Source: Utricularia gibba
Lineage: Eukaryota; Plantae; Magnoliophyta
Direction of reading: 5' to 3'
Assembly: GCA_002189035.1 (NCBI GenBank)
Contig: NEEC01000015.1
Location: forward strand, 620,001-684,000
Length of the DNA stretch: 64,000 nucleotides
The translations under genes and the position numbers were made by a program. Below the pieces are notes generated by a model, which was not told where the DNA came from, searched no databases, and worked only from the letters and a program-made list of their open reading frames with translations. Below, piece after piece: positions 1 through 11,321 of the stretch. Positions within the stretch are counted from its first letter, which is position 1. The number at the start of each line of letters is the position of its first letter.

Positions 1-6
1 TTGCAG

Positions 7-132
7 CAGATAGCAACACAAGATGAGGTATCGTTGAGTTATATGATTTTATAAAGGAAATATAAAATTAGTGGGTATTTTATCATGTGATATATTGAGT
101 GGCCTTAGAAAGCAGCTTTCTTGGATAACTGA
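7..132 (+). CDS. Possible last two exons of a gene entering from the left edge (...QIATQDE|KAAFLDN*)
   Basis: Acceptor ttgcag at 1-6, 21-nt exon 7-27, donor gtatcg at 28, acceptor ccttag ending 108, in-frame TGA at 130-132, AATAAA shortly after. Too short to identify. Confidence 0.3.
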
Positions 133-740
133 GGATTGAATGGCTCAAAATGAATAAAAGCCTGGGTCCAGAATGAGAATAGGTGAAACTTGAAGTCCAA
201 AAAGGAAAAAAAATAATAATAAAAGCCAGGAGCACGAGTTTTGAGACTTTGACCTAAATACCCATCTTCTACGGCCTCCCAGGCTGCCCTCCTCCGTTTT
301 CCCCATTCTCTCCTTCTACTCATTTGTCTTTTGCGCGCCACATTCAAATTCTTGTTAATTGTCATACACCTGGTCCATGCTCCGCGTTTGAATTGTTTTG
401 ATTTTCGCAGGGAATCTTTTGTAACTTGCTGATGTGAATACGAGTTGCGGGGTTTTGTGTACAGGGTAATATGAATATCTTGTTATTTTTAACATTTTCA
501 GTGTCGAGGATCATTTATTTTTTATTGTTGTGTTCTGGGTTTCGTTTAAAAGAATGTTTCACAGCATGTTGCTTCTTAATTTTTCAAAAAGGTGGCTTTT
601 TGGTGTTGGGTGTGACGGTTGTAGTGTCACTTCAGCGTAAATCAAGTTAAACTGTGCTTCGGGTATTTGGTTTTGGAGATTCTGTGTTGGAAACTTTGTC
701 TGAAGTTCTTCTCTGATGGCTTGTCTCAGGGTTAAAAAAA

Positions 741-2874
741 ATGGATGACCATGATTTGCTGCTTGGACAAGATTGTACCGGAGCTGTTGTTCAGAGCCAG
801 CCTGCTCCGTTAAGCAGAAACTGTAGCATGATGCTGGTTCAGCACCATGAGTTGGAACAGGACTGGGAATCGAGATTGGGCCATGAGCATGAGTTGGCCA
901 TGGAAGAGAAACCCGATCATGAACTTCAAGAACATGGAATTAACAGTGAGTTGGATATGTCTGATCACAATGGTCTTCCTGTCTGTGACATACAAGAGCT
1001 TGATGAGAACATGGAATTATCAGTTATGCCACATGATGAGATGGCCATGGAGTCTCTGCGTGAAATGAGTCCTCACCAGTCTCTAGTGGTTACCCCTTAT
1101 CATGTTCTTCAGCAGAGAACCCTTGCCGTGAGCCCCAACTTTGATCTCCATGTTGGTCAAGAATTCTCTGATGTTAAAGCTTGTCGCCGGGCCTTGAGGG
1201 ATACAGCCATTGCCCTGCGATTTGAAATGCAGACTGTAAAATCTGACAAGACTCGGTTTACTGCAAAATGTGCCACTGAGGGATGCCCCTGGCGCATTCA
1301 TGCAGCAAAACTTCCTGGTGTACCCACTTTCACCATTCGGACCATCAATGGTGATCATACATGTGGAGGAATCGCTCATCTTGGACACCAGCAGGCTTCA
1401 GTTCAGTGGGTTGCTACTTCTGTGGAGCAGCGACTGCGAGAGAATCCCAACTACAAACCAAAAGAGATATTGGAAGAAATTCATAGGATCCATGGGATCA
1501 CATTATCTTACAAGCAAGCATGGCGAGGAAAGGAAAGGATCATGGCCGCTATGCGTGGATCTTTTGAAGAAGACTATCGCCTCCTCCCTCAATACTGTGA
1601 GCAAATAAAGAAAACAAATCCAGGAAGTATTGCATCTGTGTATGGAAATCCTGCCGACCAGTCCTTTCAGCGTCTCTTTATTTCATACCAGGCTTCAATA
1701 TATGGTTTCCTAAATGCCTGCCGCCCCCTTATCGGTCTCGACAGAGCATTGCTGAAAAGCAAGTATTTAGGCACATTGCTTCTGGCCACTGGCTTTGATG
1801 GGGATGGTGGACTCTTTCCTTTAGCCTTTGGGGTTGTTGATGAGGAAACCGACGAAAACTGGATGTGGTTTCTTTCAGAGCTGCATAACCTTCTTGAGGT
1901 CAACACTGGGAACATGCCAAGGCTTACGATATTATCTGACAGACAAAAGGCATAGTAGAGAGCGTGGAAGCCAATTTCCCCACTGCTTTCCACGGCTTCT
2001 GCTTGCACCACTTGGTTGAAAGCTTCCGTAAAGAGTTCAACAATCCGATGCTTGTGGAACTTTTCTGGGAAGCGGCTCATGCTCTCACAATCACAGAATT
2101 TGAAACCAAGATCTTTGAGATTGAATCGGTATCTCAAGATGCAGCATACTGGATTGGCAGAGTCCCCCGCAGCTGTGGGCTTCAGCTTACTTTGAGGGAT
2201 CAAGGTTCGGACAGTTGACATCTAACATAGTGGATTCCTTGAACACATGGATCCTCGAAGCCTCAGGGCTTCCCATAATCCAGATGATGGAATCCATCCG
2301 AAGGCAACTGATGACTTGGTTCAACGAGCGTCGAGAGCTCAGCATCCAGTGGACCTCCATCCTTGTCCCCAGCGCAGAGAGACGAGTTGCAGAGGCCCTT
2401 GAGCGTGCAAAGACCTACAAGGTACTCCGGGCTAGTGATGCTGAGTTTGAGGTGATATCCCACGAAGGGACCAACACAGTCGACATACGCAACCGTTGTT
2501 GCCATTGCCGTGGGTGGCAACTCTATGGCCTGCCCTGCCCACACGCTGTGGCTGCTCTTCTCTCTTGCAGACAGAACGTTCATCGATTCACTGAGAGCTG
2601 CTTCACTGTAGCTACATATCGAAGGTCCTATACGCAGACAGTGCATCCAATACCAGACAGAACCCTGTGGAATGAGATGATGTTAGATGAGGATGCTAAC
2701 GCTGGAAAGGCGCTGGAAGTGACCATCAACCCACCCAAGTCGCTGCAGCCGCCTGGTAGGCCCAGGAAGAAGCGGGTGAGAGCGGAGGATCGAGGGCGTG
2801 TGAAGAGGGTCGTGCATTGCAGCCGCTGCAATCAGACAGGCCATTTCAGGACAACATGCGCAGCACCCATATGA
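741..2874 (+). CDS. MUG: MUSTANG-type domesticated Mutator/MULE transposase-derived protein (MuDR DBD, MULE domain, SWIM finger, zinc knuckle), with two -1 frameshifts
   Basis: ORFs 741-1955, 1964-2218 and 2215-2874 join when one base is restored at 1949-1950 (ILSDRQKGIV) and at 2164-2168 (RVPPQLWASAYFEG). Motifs: GQEFSDVKACRRAL, IGLDRALLKSKY, SWIM CHCRGWQLYGLPCPHA, CSRCNQTGHFRTTC. Intronless CDS, 5'UTR acceptor near 729, no TIRs seen. Confidence 0.9.
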
Positions 2875-3285
2875 TCCTTGCAGCTAACTGAAAACATCAC
2901 TTGTGAGAGAGATGCGGTGTGCAGATAATTAGATTTTCTTCCTAGTTACCCATCTGTTTCAATTTCCTTGCCTTCATGTGTCCTTTTTTCAAAATTCAGT
3001 GATGTACATCGTTCTGAAATCATCACAGAATATCATTCTTCTCTGGGTTAGAATTACGCAAACCAAAAGGGAGCTTAGCTTGGTAGTGATCTCATCAATG
3101 GAAAGCTTCATTTAGACAACTGAAGTTATAAGAACTCAAGCGATCACTGAATGAACACAGACCAAGGAAGTCAGTACAACACAAAGGTGGCAGATGGGAA
3201 TGCATATGAATCTCGAATTCTGATTATGACCACAGAGGTTTTATTGTTAACATGGAAACTGGGAATACGCTCCTAATCTGAACTG

Positions 3286-5492
3286 TTAAACTTTTATTCT
3301 TCCACAAAGGCGCCAGTATGATCCTGTATGGAACATGGACTTCTCAAACACCCAAACATCACGAACCAAAACCTGCTCATTCAAATAGGGATTACACCAT
3401 GGTTCTCGGAACAATCTAGCGAGTCATTAAACGGTTCTTGTGAAGGAAAGGGATCAAGAAAAGAAGACACAATGCAAATGTTTACCTCCTTATTTTTGTC
3501 TCCCGACACAACAGCTCCACTGGAATCATATGCCTCAAACTTCTGCAGCCACAAGGATCGTGACAATATCTCAACATATCAAACAGTTAAATAAGCTGTC
3601 ATTGTACAAAAATTGAGAAGGACCAAGTATCGAATCACAACAAAAAAACTACAGTTAGCATTCAAATGGTTTACCTGCTTGCTTAGAAATTCAAGTGTCA
3701 GTTGCACAAACACTTTATTGAGGTTATCTCGATCAACTCCAATCTGCAAATACATCAGCATTTAAATATCGGGAGATGGCAACAAGAGGAGGTACTGCAT
3801 AAACTCTACCACAATGTCATCCAGGTGAAATTCATATTTCTTTAACTGGGAAAATGTACCAGATAGAACACGAACTGTGGCAATAAATAGTGTAAATTTT
3901 GGCTCGAAGATGTTCGTGAAGGAAAAAAAAAAAAGATTCAACAGCTTAGGTGAAAAAAAAATGAATGAATGAAAACTATGGAAAAAAGAGCTTATGCAGT
4001 GAACTTAAACACCGAATTCTATGTAAACCCTTTTGAAATGCTTGCCAATCGAGCTTGAAGTGTTCGAATTTTTTGAATTGGCATGACTAGTTCCCAGTAA
4101 ATGCTTTTCCAAACTTGTTCTCTAGTCTTGATCTCATTCTTAAGAGCCTATTTGAGAGACGAGAACCATATGTGAGTTTCTATGATATATAATAGTCCAA
4201 TAAGGAAGCAGTGCATTCGCTGTATCTGGAAGAAAACCTACAGAATACATGGTCTCTGTGACACATCTCCTCAGTGATCCTTTATCTCCACTTGCTATAT
4301 GTGTATTTATCTGAACTGAGAGAGAACATGACAAGTTATAAGACAAGAGCATGATACACAGATCTCGGTTATCAAGAAAAAGGTGAAAACAAGCAGACCT
4401 CCTTGTACAATTCAACTGCTTCTCCATAAAACTTCTGTTTTGAATATCCAGATTTTCGCAACTTTGCAATTGCGTAAGCACTTTTCAGCTGCAGAAAATA
4501 AGTTACATATATTCTGAACTGATAAAACTTCTTCAGAAACATTATTTGATAAAACATCGCAATTCCTGAGATGTGATAAAATAATCAAAGCATCATTGAA
4601 CAGTGGAAGATTTCAGATTATATCAAACATCATGACTAACGAATTTAACCTCTAAAAGGAAATCATCCTTTGTTCGCTTCCATCCAGATCTAGTAAAGCA
4701 TCTGGCATAAATATGATGAAGTTAGCAGAAAATGAATGCTCAAATATTCTTTCTTAAAATGATAACAACCCAAGATTTAAATAATGATATAAATGGATTC
4801 ACATCCAAGTGAGACACTAGTATGGCATGGACGCCATACCCCACCTCATCGAAATATCACCCCAAACAAAGAAGGAGAAAAAAAAAACAATTTGAAATGA
4901 AAAACCAAAATCAAATGCTAGCTCCACCCATCTACGCCCAAAAACCGAGGAAATAGAAATTCAGATTGTTGCTTCAAAAAAAGAAGTAAGAGACAACTAA
5001 TATTATGCAACAATTCCACTCACCTGCGCCAAAATGGGATTTTTTCACGGCGTGCATATGGCTCGTACACAAACCCGGGACTCGTCATTGACACATTTAT
5101 TGATCCCTGCATGCAGTGAACGTCCAGGCATCAATTAAAGAAGACTTAAAATATACAGTATAATCGCATTCGAAACAGGCCATAAACAAACTATGCAGTT
5201 TCTTTCTTTAACACCTAAACATCACCATATATGAAGTTGAATGTCCATAGCAAAACGGAAGGGAATCAAGAAAAACTAAATATTAACGTACCGATCGTGG
5301 AATCTGAGCAGGAGATGGATTCGCTTTCACACTCAGGAACCTAACAGTGCAGAAGTTCGGCGACTTAGCCTCCTACAAAGCGAGCACTGAATGCTGCTTT
5401 ACTCTCGTTAATGGTAAATCAAATATGAACACCATGATGGTGAGAACTACAATGCGCGATACCTTGGCCAGATTAGCAACAAGCCTCTGCAT
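3286..5492 (-). CDS. MRPL45: Mitochondrial ribosomal protein mL45 / Tim44-like domain protein, multi-exon
   Basis: Spliced translation MQRLVANLAK|EAKSPNF...|...MTSPGFVYEPYARREKIPFWR|RCFTRSGWKRTKDD..|LKSAYAIAKLRKSGYSK..|..IGVDRDNLNKVFVQLTLEFLSKQ|KFEAYDSSG..|VLVRDVWVFEKSMFHTGSYWRLCGRIKV*. Splice sites are in phase. Confidence 0.9.
3744..4045 (-). other. GC-AG intron in the mL45 gene
   Basis: The exon ends ...GCT CGA TTG, the intron starts GCAAGC, and the next exon ATT GGA GTT GAT follows TTTGCAG. This keeps LQARL|IGVD in frame. Confidence 0.8.
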
Positions 5493-5912
5493 CTTCGGGG
5501 AATTAAAGAGGAGACCTTCTCCGAATGCAATACGACCAAACACTCAGGACGAATAACGCAAATCGCCGATCGATCTCCTCCTCCGTGCGACGCGGCGAAT
5601 GAGGCGGCAATATTCTGCAGAGGTTTATATGAAAATTAGGGCACGTTCCGAAATCCGTCCTTGCTTTTATTTATTTATTTATTGTTATCTAAATGAGATA
5701 TGTCGCATAATTTGTAATAAAGAGTTTTTAATATATTTATCAATAAAATACATTCGCTTTTATAAAAATAACCGCTCCCTATGAAATTAGAAAATAAAAA
5801 TTCCAACGCACAATCTCACAACAGAAAAGAAACATCTAGAAAAAAACGAACGCGGTGTCCTCTTTCGTGCTCCGCTTGCCCCTGCGCTGTGCTGTTTCTT
5901 GATTTTCGGAAA

Positions 5913-6443
5913 ATGGCCTCCGCCCCTCCTCAAACCGGGAGGCTGTCGCCGCAGCCGCTTTCATCGCGATTCAGATCGGTGTACGCTTCCATCCGGCCAT
6001 GGCGTCTCCTTTTCGACTTGTCGGCGCTTTCGCGTCCAGTTAACTACGTCGAAGTCGTGAATCGAATCCGCCGAAACGTCAGCTACTTCCGCAGGAACTA
6101 CTCTCTCATTGCCCTCGTTATAATCTTCTGCAGCCTAATCTTCCACCCGATCTCCATGATAGTTTTCTTAATCGTTTTCGTCGTCTGGATCTTATTGTAC
6201 TTCGGCCGCGAGGAACCGCTTGCTGTTATGGGCCGAAATGTGGATGATCGCATTGTTTTGGTTGTTCTGAGTTTGGCTACAGTTGTTGCTCTGGTTTTGA
6301 CTCACGTTGGGCTCAACGTTCTGGTGTCGCTGATTATAGGGGTCGTTGTTATTGGAGTTCACAGCGCATTTAGGGACACGTGGGACCTCTCACTGAGCGA
6401 GTCCGAGGCGGTTGAGGCTGGATTGCTCTCAGTCGTGAGCTGA
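5913..6443 (+). CDS. PRA1: PRA1 family protein (prenylated Rab acceptor), intronless
   Basis: RPWRLLFD...RIRRNVSYFRRNY, two long hydrophobic segments, and HSAFR (the H-x-x-F-R motif of PRA1). Confidence 0.92.
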   Translation: MASAPPQTGRLSPQPLSSRFRSVYASIRPWRLLFDLSALSRPVNYVEVVNRIRRNVSYFRRNYSLIALVIIFCSLIFHPISMIVFLIVFVVWILLYFGREEPLAVMGRNVDDRIVLVVLSLATVVALVLTHVGLNVLVSLIIGVVVIGVHSAFRDTWDLSLSESEAVEAGLLSVVS

Positions 6444-6574
6444 TTTGAAAGAAATATTCTTCGATTTTGGATCCAGATCACTTGGGAAAGGAGTTGTTTC
6501 TATGATTGGTGATAGATGGAAACACTGGTTGCTTTTAATATGATCTTGTTCAGTTGATGTATGTCTTACTACCT

Positions 6575-7007
6575 TCATTTCTTGAACGCAGATTTTGATT
6601 TCCGGTTGTGAATGAATGATCTATGGATGATACGATAGTCAGTATGGAAATAGAACATCTGCTTTCCTTGTATTGATTGACATTTCTGGAAAATTTTCAG
6701 GTTCTCTGCTCTTGCTGATTCTTGTTTCTGATAACTCTCATGCTCTTCCGTGTGATCATCAGAGATCCATGGCGTCTGATAGATAACCATCGAAGCAAAA
6801 ACCTCTGAAAATAACCAGCACCGGTTCAATACCAGAATCCAATGTAAAAGCAAACAAAAATACTTTCAAGGTTGCACGCGCAGAGGCATCCTTGGCCGCA
6901 GGATGACCGCCCCGAGCTCCCACTGTAATAGCTCTTGGTTCCGACATCAAAGCCACTGTATCAAATGGAAAAATAAAGCAACAACAACTGAGGGATTTGA
7001 TCGCCAT
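6575..7007 (-). CDS. Candidate two-exon RGF/GOLVEN/CLEL-like peptide precursor, possibly degenerate
   Basis: Strong start context gccATGGCG at 7007, donor at 6863, acceptor at 6805, and a C-terminal FHTDYRIIHRSFIHN resembling GLV DY-x-IHN peptides. One extra base in exon 1 is needed to join the frames. Confidence 0.3.
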
Positions 7008-7137
7008 GGCTATCTCGCGAGTGTCCACAGCTTCCGATTTCCTAGGGGTTTGATTGTGTGTGTGAATTTTTGGATATTTTCTAATTATTTTTACAAGAAA
7101 TACACTGTAGAATTTGTATGGAATGCGCTGGCTCCAA

Positions 7138-8753
7138 ATGGGATTTGGAATACTCAATCCTCCGTCCTTGTGCGCGCGAGCTCCGCCAATCTCTTCTTCC
7201 ATTGCCTGCTGCTCCAATTATGGGAGAGAGAGAGCAGATGCGCCCGGAAGCACGTCTTGGGCGTATGGAGTTCTGGGACTCGAGCCTCCTTGCTCGTCTG
7301 CACAACTTAAAACTGCTTTTCGTGCCAAAGTAGTGATCCACCCGCTCCCGAATTTTCATTTTCTTGGCTTTTATTTCGGTTCTTCTGGTTTATCGGTGTA
7401 TGTGCTTGGTTGTAGGTGAAGCAGTGTCATCCGGATTTGATCAGAGATGGACAGCAGTCAGATGTCATGATTCGGCATGTAATTCAAGCATATGAGGTGA
7501 TTGCCGTATCAGCTTTTTTTGTGGCAACTTGACAAGGGGACAGACTGTATTTTCTCCTGTTCCCCATAGTTGAATTAACGTGGTTTCTAGCATTTTACCT
7601 CCGCTTATATTTTCTGCGTTTTGGCACCAAATGTAATCAGAGAGATATTTCTCATTCAACAGATGTTGAGCAGCCATAGCAAATCAGAAATTATTGAAAG
7701 GTAAACTGTGAATGCTTGTGCTTCTCTGTTTTAGTGTCGTGATTGATATGTACCCACTGAAAGTTCTGTAGTTGACGAGCACTTATGTAGGGAAACCTTG
7801 AGAATCTGCGAAAATTTAGAATTTTAAGCTGCTTAAAAGATGAGATGATGCATCATCATGTTGCAGCTGTGTAGGAATCTAATGAAGTTTCAGTTGGGAT
7901 GCTGCTCAGTTTTATGGTTCCCTTCTTGTAGAATAATCTGAAATAAGCATGCCTCGTTGTCTGATAACCATTCTTCTCTTTCATTCTGCAGAGAATGTAT
8001 GGATCCATTTGACCACCCTGAGTGCGAAGCTCTTGATCTCTTTGTCAACGAGGTTGCTTGCATAGGAAGAGGTTACCATTCCATTTCTTCTCCTCGCTGA
8101 CTTTTTATCAGACACCCTTCATTCGTACAGCCTCCTCGTAGTTACAGTTGCAGATGCAGCTCCCCGTTTAAATGAGAGTGGTGTTTGATAGACCTATCCC
8201 TCATGCAGGTTGCCCCTATTCCTGTGTGAGTACCGCACCTCGTGCTTTCAAATTTTCTCCAGAAACCGGGACAGCCCGCGCAGCTTCGCAAGGTTAGTCC
8301 TGTTCGTGATCTTAACACACAGATTTCAGAAGCTCTTCACATCCCTTCCCCACTGCATTTTCTCAAGCCACATTTTGAGCCTTGAGTCTATGATCATCGA
8401 TCTCTGTTATTCCACGGCTCTATTCGCTGTCTAGTTGGTTTCTCCTCCTTCTCCAGGTCATGCAGATGATTATCTCGTTCGTATGGCAGCCGGTCAGTGT
8501 CCAAGGAGTTGCATTCATTATGTCACGCCGTTGCAAAGAATCGTTCTGGAGGAGCTACTCGATGGGTACGGTGTATTGCCATCTCTCATTCTTTTTTCTC
8601 GTCTGGTTTCCCATCAGCTTTGGTCTGTGATGCAGCACCCTGAACATGCCGTACGACACTTCTGCGGAGGCGTTTCTGCTGTATTCACTTATCGCCAAGG
8701 CCAAATATGAGAACAATCGATACCAACGGCCGCGTCCTAAGGAAAATTCATAG
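7138..8753 (+). CDS. DJC82: Chloroplast DnaJ-ferredoxin domain protein (DJC82-like), multi-exon
   Basis: Transit-like N-terminus, AYGVLGLEPPCSSAQLKTAFRAK|VKQCHPD J-domain, ECMDPFDHPECEALDLFVNEVACIGRG|CPYSC, GQCPRSCIHYVTP, YENNRYQRP. An alternative in-frame ATG lies at 7123. Confidence 0.88.
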
Positions 8754-8854
8754 AGTTGCCTGCCCGAGTTGTTTCGTACAGCAGTTACTTTTTCAAAAAG
8801 AACAAATTGACTGGCTAAAGATGTACGTACACACACACACACGTCTTTATGGGC

Positions 8855-10002
8855 CTAGGCATTATTGGGCCTTGCGGGTTCTAATCCGGCCCATAACCCA
8901 GCCCTGGAGCTTAGCTGTGAGGCATCGTTGGGGATTAGTTCGGCTTCGTGATCGTCTGCTGCCTTGGGCTCCAAGCAGTTCAGTGTACTCATTCTGGTCG
9001 TCGAGCGACCGCCGCCTGCGTTACTGCCGTCGGTCGATACTTTCGGAGAAAACAGCGAGGCCGTTCTCGTGAAGACGGCTTGTCGATCTGACTTCATCGA
9101 CCGTTGGAACCTCTGGATAAACGTTGCGCCCCCTCCGCGGCCACCATCGCTGTTGAAGGTGGATGTCCCGGCGGCGGTGCTTCTGGTTCGATTCAGCATA
9201 CAGCGCTCCATAACCTCCTTCCTCACACCGTGTGGCAATTTCAGAGTGAATCGGTCGAGATTCTCCCCAGGAAGGACGAGAGAGTGGCCGGTGGTATGAG
9301 ATCTGAAATTCGCCAAATCAAACGCTTCCGATTTCCCGATTGTACTCGAGCGCGGGAAATCGGTAGAGGTTTCGCGTCTTGGGGACTTGGTATCAATGTC
9401 CGCGATCTGAATTTCGTTCACTTCTACGACGACCTCACCTTGCATATGACCGGTATCGTTCTCCATACTCTCTCCGGCGACGGGCGGCACTTCCTCCACC
9501 GCCTTCGACAAGTCCGATCGGCAAACGGGACACGTGATGTGGTGCTCTAGCCACGCGCCGATGCACTCTGGATGGAAAACGTGGTCGCACTTGGGCAACA
9601 AACGAAGTGTGTCCGCGTCCTCGAATTCATTCAGACACACGGCGCATTCCAACGCGCCCTTCCCGATCTTGTGATCCTTGACTTCGGAGTAAGAGAAGGT
9701 TGGGAACCCGTCGATGACATCTTTGCCCAGCCCCCGCGTCCCCGCCACGTCCGCCCGGGGGTGGCTTGGAAATTGGCGGCGGAACCTGGGCTTCCATAGC
9801 AGTGACGGAGGTAGATGGAGCAGTATCCCAAGGCGAACACTGCCACAATAAGCACAACAAAGACGATTCCGACCTGTGGGCTGAACCCTGCAGTGTTAAA
9901 CTGCGATTGATTGTTTGATGGAGTTGGGCTCTGAGCTCCGGCAGAATCTGCCAGAAGAGCCGCCAGCACCCAAACTAAGAGACGCCCCACCGCCGATTTC
10001 AT
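8855..10002 (-). CDS. ATL: ATL-family RING-H2 E3 ubiquitin ligase (ATL6/ATL31-like), intronless, one -1 frameshift
   Basis: Signal peptide plus TM segment (ORF 9631-10002) joins CAVCLNEFEDADTLRLLPKCDHVFHPECIGAWLEHHITCPVCR and FPRS/RSHTTGHS motifs (ORF 8855-9748) when one base is restored at 9754-9761. Confidence 0.92.
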
Positions 10003-10419
10003 TCTCGTAGAAATCCAGAGCTGCTTAATGGATTCAGGTGTACCGAAGCATTGATCGTGAAGAAATCATGAAGGCGTTGACCCTGACTCTTCCTTTTTTA
10101 TACTTCTTCAGGATGGCGAATTTGCTGATCCACGTATATCGTTGACGGGATTCTGCGGCCTTTAACTCAGAGTTTATGCGCGTTAAACATAGAGAAGTCA
10201 AACGAAGGAAAAAGTTCGTTACATCCAATTGCTTAGCGAGAATTTATATGAGCTAACGTGTGAATTGGGAACTCGTCTAAAATTCCAGCAGCCTAAGCTG
10301 GAAACTTGATTTTTTTTTAATCCCCTTGGTGACAATAGGATCACGTGATCTGCAAACAGGACATTTGATGCGGTGATCCTTGGTTTCAAACTGGAAAACC
10401 TAACTAATGGCTTGCGAGA

Positions 10420-11100
10420 CCCAGGATCAGGGTTGGCTGTTGGAGTAGAGGAGGAGTTAAGGGCGGTTTGAAATGGTGCAAGTGGTGGGCCATATTGGGT
10501 CAAGTGGGCTTGGTCTTTAAGAGGGGAGGTTGAGCCATCGGAGGTGGGCCGTCATTTGTGAATAAAATACGATATTTAATGAAAGTTTGTAGTAGGTGGC
10601 GGTGCGGATAGGAGAATAGGCGGGGAGGGTTGGGAAGGTGTGAGCGGGGCCAACGGGCAGGAACCCGGCACATGGAGGTTATCGGGTTTCATTATCTTGC
10701 TTGTGAACGGGATTTTAGTGAGGTAGGTGTGCCGGGAGTTTTGCTTCAGTCCAATCCGGGCGGAACTAGCGCGAGGCACGTCGGGCAGTGTCTCTAGTCC
10801 CGAGAGACCAGCGCTGGGTGCTAAGGGCGATGGCTCTCAGCCCCATGGAGGCTAGCACGGGGATTGCAGGCAATGCCCAGGGTGCAGTGCGTTGGGTGTA
10901 GGGAGCAGTGTGGGGCTTGAGTGAAAAGCGCTGGGCGTGGGGGTGGCCATGGCAGAGCGCAGGGGCGGGGGTGTTGGCGGATCTTGCCCATGGTCATGGT
11001 TTCGGACGACTACAGAGGCCTGAGGTGTGACGTTTGGGCCGGGTCTTCCGAGGAGGCCACGATACGGAAGGATGCAATCGATCGGGCTATCGGGGAAGGG
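10420..11100. other. G-rich, GC-rich island with no recognisable coding content (possible TE or gene remnant)
   Basis: Strong G excess on the + strand against AT-richer flanks. All frames are interrupted by stops. Short repeat agcgctggg at about 10810 and 10927. Confidence 0.45.
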
Positions 11101-11321
11101 GTTTAATATCAATTAAGCGAAAAAACAATTAAACTTGCATTGAAAAATGATTTCAAATCACGTGTATAATTGACGAAAATCGCCCACTAACCGTTAAAAA
11201 CCGATAAAACACTGTCGGCTGGGTGAGTGGTATCAATAAGAAACCGTCAGTTGACGACTACCTTCACTTGCACCTCTGTTCATCGCTTCGCCAACTTCTC
11301 TTTCTCCTCCTCCCTGTTTCC

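Noticed and set aside
105-365. 86-aa minus-strand ORF with an Arg-rich start
   Set aside because: It is the antisense shadow of the CT-rich MUSTANG 5' leader and the upstream gene's 3' end; no recognisable motif.
741-2874. Active Mutator transposon
   Set aside because: No TIRs or target-site duplication, a host-like UTR intron, an altered catalytic residue, and MUSTANG-type sequence all point to a domesticated gene.
9104-9799. Long plus-strand ORFs (148, 111 and 75 aa) over the ATL gene
   Set aside because: They are antisense shadows of a GC-rich intronless CDS with few stops.
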